DNA of 34,751 bases, from contig JBHHXT010000035.1 in the NCBI GenBank assembly GCA_046757165.1, forward strand, positions 1-34,751, in the 5' to 3' direction. The notes below the pieces were generated by a model that searched no databases, was not told the DNA's origin, and was given only the letters and a program-made list of their open reading frames with translations. Source of the stretch: a bacterium (GTDB taxonomy: Bacteria; Zhuqueibacterota; Zhuqueibacteria; Oceanimicrobiales; Oceanimicrobiaceae). Positions 28,301-34,751 of this stretch are shown piece after piece; position 1 is the stretch's first letter; each line of letters starts with the position of its first letter. The position numbers and the translations under genes were made by a program.

Positions 28301-29658
28301 AAGTGCAAGTGACGGACGCCTTTGGCAATCCGATCGCCGGGCATCCGGTGAGCTGGCAGACGGATTCCGGCAACACCGTCACGCCCCCGAACACGACCAC
28401 GAATGCGGACGGCCTTGCGTCGACAAGGTTTACCATAGTCAATTTGGGCGAGAACACAGCCGAAGCTACGGCTTCGGACTTGAGTGGCAGCCCGGTGGCG
28501 TTCGCAGCGAACGGAGTTGAAAACAATTTTCCCGAATTCATCGACCTGACCGACCACCAGGTCAGCGAGGGGAACCTTCTGTTCTTCGAGGTCAACGCCT
28601 TCGATGCGGACGGTGACCCGGTGACGTACGAAGCGGGCAATGTGCCGAATGGCGCTGATTTCAACCCAAACAACGGCGCCTTTGTCTGGACGCCGTCTGA
28701 AGGTCAAAACGGCGTCCATGAGGTGACGTTCATCGCCAGAGACAACCGCGGCGGCTTTGACACCGGGACGATTTCAATTACGGTGCACAACAGCAACAAC
28801 CCGCCGGTCATTACACAGTTTACGCCGGAGGAGATGGAGTTGCGCTTTATCCTGACTCAGGTGATCGTCTTCTCGGTCACCGTGACCGATGCGGACAACG
28901 ATGACCTGCAATACTCCTGGATGCTGTTCAAGGGGGTGGACACAGAGGGTGAAGAGGTGTCACAGGTTTCGACTTACGTCATGGACACCAGCTTGCAGGA
29001 GCCAGCCAGCTACACCGTCCGTGTGACCGTGACAGACGGAAAAGATGAGGTGTCTCAGGAGTGGAAAGTGGATGTGGTCACGTCTGTCGAGCTTGCCAGC
29101 TTCATGGCGCAGTTTACCAGCTTCGATGGCATCGAGATCTCGTGGACGACCAGCCGGGAAGTCAACAACGCGGGGTTTGATGTGCTGCGAAGCTCGAGCG
29201 AGAATGGTACCTACACCAAGCTCAACGACGAGCTGATTCCGAGAGACGAAAAAGGGATTTACCAATTCATCGATCAGAACGTCGAGGTCGGCCGGCGCTA
29301 CTATTACCTTCTGGAGGACGTCGACGTGAATGGCGTGCGCACGCAGCACGGCCCGATTGCCGTCGACATCGCCGCACCGGAGACCTTCTGGCTGAGTCAG
29401 AACTATCCGAATCCGTTCAACCCGGAGACCAGAATCCGGTACCAGTTGCCACAGACCGGCAAAGTGATGATCAAGATCTTTGATGTCCTGGGACGGGAAG
29501 TGAGAAGGCTGCTGGACGAGCGCAAGGAGGCAGGTTTTCACATTGTGACCTGGGATGCACGAGACAACTCCGGTACGCGTGTCAGCTCCGGGATTTATTA
29601 CTACCAGATTGTTGCCGGGGAGTTCAGGCAGACGCGCAAGATGCTTTTGGTCAAGTAG
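22345..29658 (+). CDS. Large secreted SGNH hydrolase/Ig-repeat protein, tandem paralogue of 14646-21986
   Basis: Same domain order: IMPLGNSIT, HIGSND, DAVHP, FN3, VVEAE CBM-like, Ig repeats, QNYPNPFNP...RKMLLVK. ATG 22345 follows GGAGAAGG and gives a clean signal peptide (AFA|Q). Confidence 0.88.
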   Translation: MTHNENPILKTVWLVIVLLAAISSQAFAQTKIMPLGNSITKGVDGPSTDDAGYRNDLDGLLTAEGVAFDFVGSQSDGAGFDTDHEGHDGFRADQIVAGLGSYLSVNPDVIILHIGSNDISDDQTPESTRDEIESIIDAVHTFDPGVKIILSSIVPRTDDKDDETTTLNTLIEDLFYRKRDDDGRNLYYAGVNELFKHNATWNTDYFAASDAVHPNDDGFNVMARVYFDALMTAINMTTTEVTDNFERSALGITWDADPEFVIQGGDLVNTATTGAARWEYLATYRAIKNPNSVAVKWAADADVAGIDEGGLAVLLDAPTRTADGYLAWISASDNELHLWTITNGSVDVDLLDVNPVSLASPPAAGKIVRVDVTVDPADIKFDYFVDNVFAGSITIANPGLSGDWYAGVILRHDRNNDIDEFSLLKATDTTPPMAVDDLTAGTALATSIPLTWTATGDDGTEGLARRYDLRVSTQAITDANFEAADEVLGVPSPSVAGTLEETIATGLQPGTQYFFAIQVIDEAGNASGISNPASATTVAGNVFSDDFNRTTGLGENWTADAAYDIVNNRLSNTSTDGLWDDIAVLTARKNPAQVSFRFADNSDVTGIDQTGFVIVFDSPTSTASGYAITRRTEDNTLRLWRLVDGAVLSIIDKVQNPLLGPPAPGDVVKIQITSDGTANKFDYYINGVFDGRVEDTAFEYDLSQDNWAGVTLRSNLNNDIDDFTVLLAIGAPASVLVTGGDAQIDTVGRQLPEPLCVKVVDENDSPVQGVNVKFEVIDGGGSVDVSLPSDEIVVEAESGTLHSPMAIGEDVDASNGKFIEVPNGSGGGGGNLGFVEYLINIEQAGDYVMWGRAIYPDAENDAFRVIVGADTFKWDVGQRVHSASWHWDQVSHRGNGTAKKPQLDPVIFSFQAGIQTLIVGEAKDGTKLDQFVLAPVGSGFEPPADQSAVEPGGVFTDAEGLACANLTLGPVPGVNLVQASAVGLPVVTFTATGVSPAIATIEKISGDAQTGAQGQPLPNPFVVQLSDVQGNPAIGAEVNFEVLPPGDGTLSTTNPVIADALGRASTVLTLATNAAVNQVRVTAPGYSGPEVIFTALIPAGDPDRIVPVDGNDQSGTAGQPLAVPFQVRVTDQDDVPIVGHAVSFRVLDGGGSLEGSASREIETDALGIAAVTLTLGPQGGALNRVEAAAQGLAGSPIIFSANAAVAQELEPVSDLQQQGVANLPLPDSMEVRVVDALGGGLPNHDVIFTITAGDGLVNGLAQTVVKTGSQGIARVEWRLGPDIGSDTHTLRAESAFNGDALSGSPIVFISDAEAGPAENLNLVSGNDQTGTIGEPLDEPLRVEITDIDDAPVAGWPVTFEVTAGDGSLEGASSQTVFTDSEGLARVVWTLGPNVGIDNNTVQASAPQTASEIFTASAKISAATTIELVDGLGQTGPAGLPLPTKLKVLVTDKNSNGVVGHIVSFRIEGGDGTINGIAPGDTLEHITSNENGVAEVTWFMGGELGENIQAIEITSEDGLNDLNGSPTLVAATATVGPVDPNESAIDSDKSAVQANGQDQALLTVTLTDRFGNPVAGKAVTLMSDNENDTIGQPQELTNENGQTQGTIASTIAGEHTISARVVGGVQLNPTLELAFLSVAPESVELRDGNNQASNVSTVLPAPIEVLVTDEFGNPVPGITVQFDVTAGGGFILPESSAQRQGAVSGVSVDKITSANGIAQAFWVLGANPGENRAEARAFFDNQELAGSPVDFAATGRISSPAAMNSHGGDNQASGAGAPLPEPLQVRVTDSGGLPVAGVTVEFDVLEGGGSLSRTRTDTDHEGVAATVLTLGPEVGSNRVRAQAPAISGQPAVEFTAEGLSGTPSRMTRVAGHNQSVPVNSAHEISVLITDLNDNPIEGVEVSFEVLSGGATLGVPRVTTDGDGIAATEVQLPTAAGQIRVRVTSGLLPGFFVDFVIQAVAGPAATIAEFGGNGQDGTVGRPLVLPLQVQVTDAFGNPIAGHPVSWQTDSGNTVTPPNTTTNADGLASTRFTIVNLGENTAEATASDLSGSPVAFAANGVENNFPEFIDLTDHQVSEGNLLFFEVNAFDADGDPVTYEAGNVPNGADFNPNNGAFVWTPSEGQNGVHEVTFIARDNRGGFDTGTISITVHNSNNPPVITQFTPEEMELRFILTQVIVFSVTVTDADNDDLQYSWMLFKGVDTEGEEVSQVSTYVMDTSLQEPASYTVRVTVTDGKDEVSQEWKVDVVTSVELASFMAQFTSFDGIEISWTTSREVNNAGFDVLRSSSENGTYTKLNDELIPRDEKGIYQFIDQNVEVGRRYYYLLEDVDVNGVRTQHGPIAVDIAAPETFWLSQNYPNPFNPETRIRYQLPQTGKVMIKIFDVLGREVRRLLDERKEAGFHIVTWDARDNSGTRVSSGIYYYQIVAGEFRQTRKMLLVK

Positions 29659-29661
29659 CGC

Positions 29662-29786
29662 GTAACGCGACATTCATGTCGCGCTAATCCGGCCTTCTCC
29701 TCAAGGAGAGCGGCGGGAAACCCGCGGCTCTCCAAGAAGGTCACGAGAACAAGTAACGCGACATTTATGTGGCGATAATCCGGTCT
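29662..29786. repeat. Two direct 34-nt palindromic REP-like repeats flanking a GC-rich hairpin
   Basis: GTAACGCGACATTCATGTCGCGCTAATCCGGCCT (29662-29695) and GTAACGCGACATTTATGTGGCGATAATCCGGTCT (29753-29786) are 30/34 identical. The hairpin GGAGAGC-G-GCGGG-AAA-CCCGC-G-GCTCTCC lies at 29705-29733. Confidence 0.7.
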
Positions 29787-30056
29787 CAAAGAGTTAGTCA
29801 TCATGTGGTGTTACACAATTTTATCAGCCTTTTTTGGACCGCCCCGGGATCGGTTCTCTCAATTACCAAATTTTGACGTCGGAAATTTCTGCGAAACTCC
29901 TGAAAAACAGGTATAAATCTATTTGAAAATTAACCAATTTAAACATCGCTGCCGATCAGGTTGGTAGCGTTGTAGCTCCTTTCAGGGAGGGTGTTTCCTG
30001 TTTATGAAGACAATTTCCTCACTGATGTGCACCTGTTGACGAACCGACGAGGATTC

Positions 30057-33000
30057 ATGCTGCCGCGAGATCCCACGCCTTTTCTGACCCTTATCTTTTT
30101 GTTTTTTTCAGTCCCTTCTTTTTCGCAAACCAGTTTACAGAGACATGATATCTTTCTCGAACTGCGCGGCGCCTATTGGGTTTACGCCGAGGACGTGGAC
30201 GGCGACGGCGACCTGGACCTGGTGACTGCTGCGTTCGACGGCATCGACTGGTGGCAGAACGATGGCAACCAGACCTTCAGCAAGCAGATCGTCGATGAGC
30301 AAATGCAAGGCGCCTGGTCGGCGCACGCAGACGATATGGACGGCGACGGCGACATCGACATCATGGCGTGCTCCCCGTCCGATGATGAAGTCGTGCTCTG
30401 GCTCAACGACGGCAACCAGAATTTTGATACCCGGCTCGTGATAGACGCCAGGGGCCTGGACCCGGAAACGGTGATTACCGAAGATCTCGACCAGGATGGC
30501 GACCGGGACATTCTCGTTGCCTATTGGGAGAGTCGCGATATCGTCTGGTATGAGAACAGTGGCGACGCTCAATTCACGAAACATATCATAGAGCGGGACA
30601 TGAAGGGGGCGCACTCAGTCTCGGTGGCGGACTTTGATGGCGACGGCGACTTCGACGTCGTGGCCAATGGTTCTTCTGAGACCAGTTGGTATCTGAACGA
30701 CGGCAACCAGAGTTTTATCAAGGTTCCGTTGAGCTCGGCCGGGGGTCTGGTCATTTATGCGGTCGACCTGGATCAGGATGGCGATGCCGATATCTTGCGT
30801 AATCAACGCAACAGCGGGGACGTGGACTGGTTTGAGAACGATGGACGTGGAGGGTTTACCCAGCGCACCATTGCGACGGCGTTTGGCGACAGTTGGTCGA
30901 TTCGCGCCGGCGACATCGATGGCGATGGCGATTTGGATGTGGCGGCGGCAGGATTTTCAGCCAACAACATCACCATCTGGCTGAATAATGGCGACACCAC
31001 GTTTGGTGCCGGCATCGTGATCGATAACGTCACGACGCCACGTTTTGTCCACATCGCTGATCTTGATTCCGATGGCGATGGCGACGTTGCTGCGGCCATT
31101 CGCGACGACCGGGATCTCGCGTGGTATGAGGTGGCCGGGAGCCCACCAGCAGACAAGAGCCTGACGCTAACAGCCCCGGCGCCCGGAGATACTTTGCTCG
31201 CCGAGTCAACCTATGAAGTCGCCTGGCAGTGGACAGGCGCCATCGAGCAGGTGCAGATCGAGTTCTCTGCCGACAACGGCGTGAGCTGGAATGTCCTCGC
31301 CACCGTGCAGAACAGCGGGGTTTATTCCTGGAGCGTGCCGAACATCTTCTCACCGGCTTGCCTGCTTCGGATTTCGGGTACCGCTGCCGGCGAGCCCTCA
31401 GATCAGAATGATGCCCCTTTTCTGATTCTGCGTCAGCAAGACCTGCCTCCGTCTCTGACTTTACTGGCTCCGAATGGAGGTGAGCAGGTATTTGTGGATT
31501 CCTCGTTCACGCTTGTCTGGACCGCTACCGGCTCCATCCCTTTTGTCAATATCGAGCTGTCGATAGATGACGGCGTGAGCTGGAGTCCGATCGTGGGCCA
31601 GACGGCGAACGACGGGGCGCAGCCGTGGCTGGCGCCGGACACGCCGTCGCAATTTTGCCGTGTGCGGATTTCAGACGCTGCCAATGGCGCTATCTTTGAC
31701 GTGAGCGATCAGGCCTTCGCCATCGAAAGATTTGTGGTCCCGCAGAGCATCACCGTCACCGCGCCTGCAGGTGGAGAAGCATTGGTGGCTGACTCGACCT
31801 TTACCATCACCTGGACCTCGACCGGGGAGATTGCGAATGTTCGCCTGGAGTTTTCTGCCGACAACGGCGCAACGTGGAGCGATATCGCCGGCAGCAATCC
31901 GAACACAGGCAGTTTCTTGTGGCGCCTGCCGGACACTTCTTCCAATCTTTGTATGGTGCGGGTTTCTGATGCGGTAGATGGGGACCCGGCGGCGCTCAAT
32001 GCCGGACTCTTTTCCATTCGCCGCATCGCCGAGTTTGCGCCCACAATTACGGGTTTCGATCCGGTGTCCGGACCGCCTGGCACCCTTGTGACGATTCAAG
32101 GCAGCCAGCTCAGCAGCGTCACGCAGGTGGCGTTCAACGGCAGACCGGCGGCCTTTTCCGTGCTCTCGGACTTTCAGCTCCAGGCGACGGTGCCGGCCGG
32201 TGCAACCACCGGCAAGATTACGGCGATGAATTTCGCCGGCACCGGTGAGAGCGCTCAGGTGTTCGATGTCCGTGCAGGCATCGAGACCGTGGTCCTGTCT
32301 TTTCCGCCTGCCGATGATGCCCAGGTGAAGGCGACTGACCCGGCCCGAAACTATGGCAGCAAGGCCTCCTTCAAGGTGGAGATGAATACCTTCAGGAGCT
32401 ACCTCAAGTTTCCCGTCACGGGTCTCTCCGGGACGATTCTGCAAGCCAGGGTGCGACTCAGGGTGACCGCGGGCAGTGATTTTGGCGGGACGATTTTGCG
32501 CGCGGATAACAACTTTGCTGCCACACAGACGGCCTGGAGTGAGGACAGCCTGACCTTCAACAATGCGCCAGCCCTCGTGGGCGAGCCGCTCGATTCATTG
32601 CTCGCTGTGGCTGCCGGCAGCGCGGTGGAGTTCAACGTGACGCAGGCTATCTCAGGCAGCGGAACCTACAGTTTCGCGATTACCAGCCGCTCCACCGACC
32701 AGGTCGAATACGACTCCAAAGAGAGTGCGTTTTCGCCGGAGTTGGTCGTTGTCATTGAGCGTCAGGGAAACATCCCACCGTTTGCTGAAAATGATGTTCA
32801 CGTGAGCCTGGAAGACCAGGTAGCGGTTGTGCCCGTCGCGGTGAACGACCTCGATGCGGATGGGGAAGTGGACGAAACCTCGATTACGATCGGTGCCCAG
32901 CCAGTACACGGCGCAGCCACGGCCAACAACGATGGCACCCTCACCTATTTGCCTGAGGACAACTTTTTTGGCGAGGATAGTCTCACCTACACCATTCGGG

Positions 33001-34505
33001 ACAACCAGGGCAAGACCTCCAACCCGGCTACCGTACGGCTTACCGTTACGCCTGTCAATGATGCGCCGGTTGCGGCACCGGATCAAAAAGTCTCCCTGCT
33101 GGTGGACTCTGTGAAAGTCAACGTGGTGGAAAACGATTTCGATATCGACGGGGCGCTCGATCCAGGCTCTGTGCAGATCGTCAAAGGACCAAACGCGAAC
33201 GCCGGCATCTGGCTCGATACGACTTCTGGCACCGTGATCTATCTGCCTGACCTTAGCTTTGTGGGGGTGGATTCATTTACGTACACGGTGCGAGACGATT
33301 CCGGCGCGGTCTCCAACGAGGCCATGGTCACCATCATTTTGCAGGATGGCAACCAGCCCCCCGTGGCCGTGAATGACACTTCGGCGACGTCCCCAAACAC
33401 CCCGCTTGAAATCAACGTCGTTGCCAATGACCGCGATCCCGAAGGTCACCTGGACCCGGTGTCCGTCACCATTGAGGCCCAGCCTGTTGATGGGCAGGTG
33501 TCCGTCGCCGACGATTCCGGGATGGTGCTCTACACGCCAAATCCAGATTTTGCGGGCACCGATTCTTTCACCTACACGGTGAAGGACGCTCTGGGCCTGG
33601 CCTCGGCCCCTGCAATGGTGGTGATCCGGGTTGTGAGGAGCAACCATCCGCCGGCGATTCAAACCTTTCTGCCACAGGAGACAGAGCTCACTTTCGAACA
33701 GGGTGCGACCATTCATTTCTCCATCGTGGCTACCGACCCGGACGCGGACGTTCTGGCGTTCCAGTGGTTTGTTCGCAACAAGATCACTCAGCAAGAGGTG
33801 CTGGCCTCGGCCTCGGCTGAATACAACATGAACACCAATGAGTTTGCCCCGGCCACCTACACCGTCAGAGTTGACGTCTCTGACGGCCAGGCCGCTGTTT
33901 CGCAGGAGTGGCAGCTCGACCTGATCACCTCGGTTGAGCTGACCAGCTTTGCGGCGCACTTTTCGGAGTTCGATGGCGTCCTGCTCACCTGGACCACCGG
34001 TAGCGAGCACAAGAACGCCGGATTCAACGTCCTTCGGAGTCAGACCGAAAGCGGGCATTACCTGCAAATCAACCGGGAACTCCTGCCGGCGGTGTCTGAA
34101 GGCAGTTACCAGTTTGCCGACCGAAATGTCGTTCCGGGTAGACGTTATTTCTACAAGATCGAGGATGTCGATGTTGCCGGCAGAAAAACGCTGCACGGGC
34201 CGGTCAGCGTCGAGGTCGCTGCTCCGCAATCTTTTGCAGTCAGTCAGAATTATCCAAATCCCTTCAACCCCGAAACCCGGCTGCGTTTTCAACTGCCACA
34301 CTCCGGGCGGGTGAGCTTGACCGTTTACAATGTTCTGGGTCGCGCCGTTCGGACGCTACTGGATGAACGCAAGGATGCCGGATTCTACCTCATGACCTGG
34401 GATGGCAGAGATGATGGGGGACAGTTGGTCGGATCGGGTATTTATTACTACCAGATCTTGTTTGGTGGTTCCAGATACACCGGTAAGATGATTTTGATGC
34501 GATAA
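30057..34505 (+). CDS. Large secreted protein: FG-GAP/VCBS beta-propeller, three Ig-like repeats, IPT/TIG, DNRLRE(CBM96)-like, three cadherin-like (Big_9) repeats, T9SS type A/FlgD-like C-terminus
   Basis: Seven DxDxDGDxD motifs. Three LTxxAPxGGE...W units. PTITGFDPVSGPPGTLVTIQG. DDAQV...NYG...RSYLKF. PVAVND-type repeats. QNYPNPFNP tail. The signal peptide fits ATG 30057 (alternative GTG 29991). Confidence 0.85.
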   Translation: MLPRDPTPFLTLIFLFFSVPSFSQTSLQRHDIFLELRGAYWVYAEDVDGDGDLDLVTAAFDGIDWWQNDGNQTFSKQIVDEQMQGAWSAHADDMDGDGDIDIMACSPSDDEVVLWLNDGNQNFDTRLVIDARGLDPETVITEDLDQDGDRDILVAYWESRDIVWYENSGDAQFTKHIIERDMKGAHSVSVADFDGDGDFDVVANGSSETSWYLNDGNQSFIKVPLSSAGGLVIYAVDLDQDGDADILRNQRNSGDVDWFENDGRGGFTQRTIATAFGDSWSIRAGDIDGDGDLDVAAAGFSANNITIWLNNGDTTFGAGIVIDNVTTPRFVHIADLDSDGDGDVAAAIRDDRDLAWYEVAGSPPADKSLTLTAPAPGDTLLAESTYEVAWQWTGAIEQVQIEFSADNGVSWNVLATVQNSGVYSWSVPNIFSPACLLRISGTAAGEPSDQNDAPFLILRQQDLPPSLTLLAPNGGEQVFVDSSFTLVWTATGSIPFVNIELSIDDGVSWSPIVGQTANDGAQPWLAPDTPSQFCRVRISDAANGAIFDVSDQAFAIERFVVPQSITVTAPAGGEALVADSTFTITWTSTGEIANVRLEFSADNGATWSDIAGSNPNTGSFLWRLPDTSSNLCMVRVSDAVDGDPAALNAGLFSIRRIAEFAPTITGFDPVSGPPGTLVTIQGSQLSSVTQVAFNGRPAAFSVLSDFQLQATVPAGATTGKITAMNFAGTGESAQVFDVRAGIETVVLSFPPADDAQVKATDPARNYGSKASFKVEMNTFRSYLKFPVTGLSGTILQARVRLRVTAGSDFGGTILRADNNFAATQTAWSEDSLTFNNAPALVGEPLDSLLAVAAGSAVEFNVTQAISGSGTYSFAITSRSTDQVEYDSKESAFSPELVVVIERQGNIPPFAENDVHVSLEDQVAVVPVAVNDLDADGEVDETSITIGAQPVHGAATANNDGTLTYLPEDNFFGEDSLTYTIRDNQGKTSNPATVRLTVTPVNDAPVAAPDQKVSLLVDSVKVNVVENDFDIDGALDPGSVQIVKGPNANAGIWLDTTSGTVIYLPDLSFVGVDSFTYTVRDDSGAVSNEAMVTIILQDGNQPPVAVNDTSATSPNTPLEINVVANDRDPEGHLDPVSVTIEAQPVDGQVSVADDSGMVLYTPNPDFAGTDSFTYTVKDALGLASAPAMVVIRVVRSNHPPAIQTFLPQETELTFEQGATIHFSIVATDPDADVLAFQWFVRNKITQQEVLASASAEYNMNTNEFAPATYTVRVDVSDGQAAVSQEWQLDLITSVELTSFAAHFSEFDGVLLTWTTGSEHKNAGFNVLRSQTESGHYLQINRELLPAVSEGSYQFADRNVVPGRRYFYKIEDVDVAGRKTLHGPVSVEVAAPQSFAVSQNYPNPFNPETRLRFQLPHSGRVSLTVYNVLGRAVRTLLDERKDAGFYLMTWDGRDDGGQLVGSGIYYYQILFGGSRYTGKMILMR

Positions 34506-34525
34506 GCAGGGCGGTCCATCAGTTT

Positions 34526-34751
34526 CTACAGATTTTCGATAACCTTCTTTAGTTTTGCCTGAATCTGCTGCGCAACATCAGCCAGCTTTGGATTTTCTAC
34601 CGCTGCCATCGAAGCAATCGGATCTACGGCAGCGATTTCAACGCCCCCGGCCGTCTCTTGCAAGATGACATTGCACGGCAGCATGGCGCCGATTCTTGCT
34701 TCGGCCTGCAGCGCCTGGTAAGCGAAAGGTGGGTTGCAGGCGCCGAGAATT
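34526..34751 (-). CDS. DUF302 domain protein (3' part; 5' end outside the window)
   Basis: Manual minus-strand translation gives ILGACNPPFAYQALQAEARIGAMLPCNVILQETAGGVEIAAVDP...KVIENL*, containing the typical ILGACNP and LPCNV motifs. Not in the ORF track because it has no start codon in the window. Confidence 0.9.
   Translation of the reverse strand, partial: ILGACNPPFAYQALQAEARIGAMLPCNVILQETAGGVEIAAVDPIASMAAVENPKLADVAQQIQAKLKKVIENL

Noticed and set aside
29662..29786. Mini CRISPR array (34-nt palindromic repeats)
   Set aside because: Only two degenerate copies, the 57-nt spacer is itself a strong hairpin, and there are no cas genes or leader. REP-like is a better fit.
33273..34301. 342-aa minus-strand ORF
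   Set aside because: Antisense shadow of the FG-GAP protein's C-terminal region.

Overview
Gene-dense bacterial window in which nearly every gene is on the + strand. The C-terminal modules of the large secreted proteins suggest an FCB-group lineage such as candidate division KSB1/Calditrichota/Ignavibacteria (inference, not proven). Block 1 (364-9693) is a putative surface-glycan sulfation/modification cluster. It contains two paralogous alkaline-phosphatase-superfamily (NPP-type) proteins of apparently opposite membrane topology, a 63-aa ribbon-helix-helix protein ending in RLQGLGYLS, a DUF106/EMC3/TMCO1-like membrane protein, a SAM methyltransferase, sat, cysC and a GT4, with no classical sulfotransferase. 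Block 2 (9909-14496) is a sigma54-preceded operon: GT2, DUF2304, FemAB-like GNAT, polysaccharide deacetylase and a GT-C transferase. Block 3 (14646-34505) holds three very large secreted proteins sharing a T9SS-type-A/FlgD-like C-terminus: two tandem ~2440-aa SGNH-hydrolase/Ig-stalk paralogues and one FG-GAP propeller protein, separated by REP-like palindromes. The window ends in the 3' part of a minus-strand DUF302 gene. The best candidate for an undescribed system is the AlkP(in)/AlkP(out)/RHH-LGY/DUF106 + sat-cysC module, a possible transmembrane sulfo-group relay. All family assignments come from reading motifs by eye; no database search was run.
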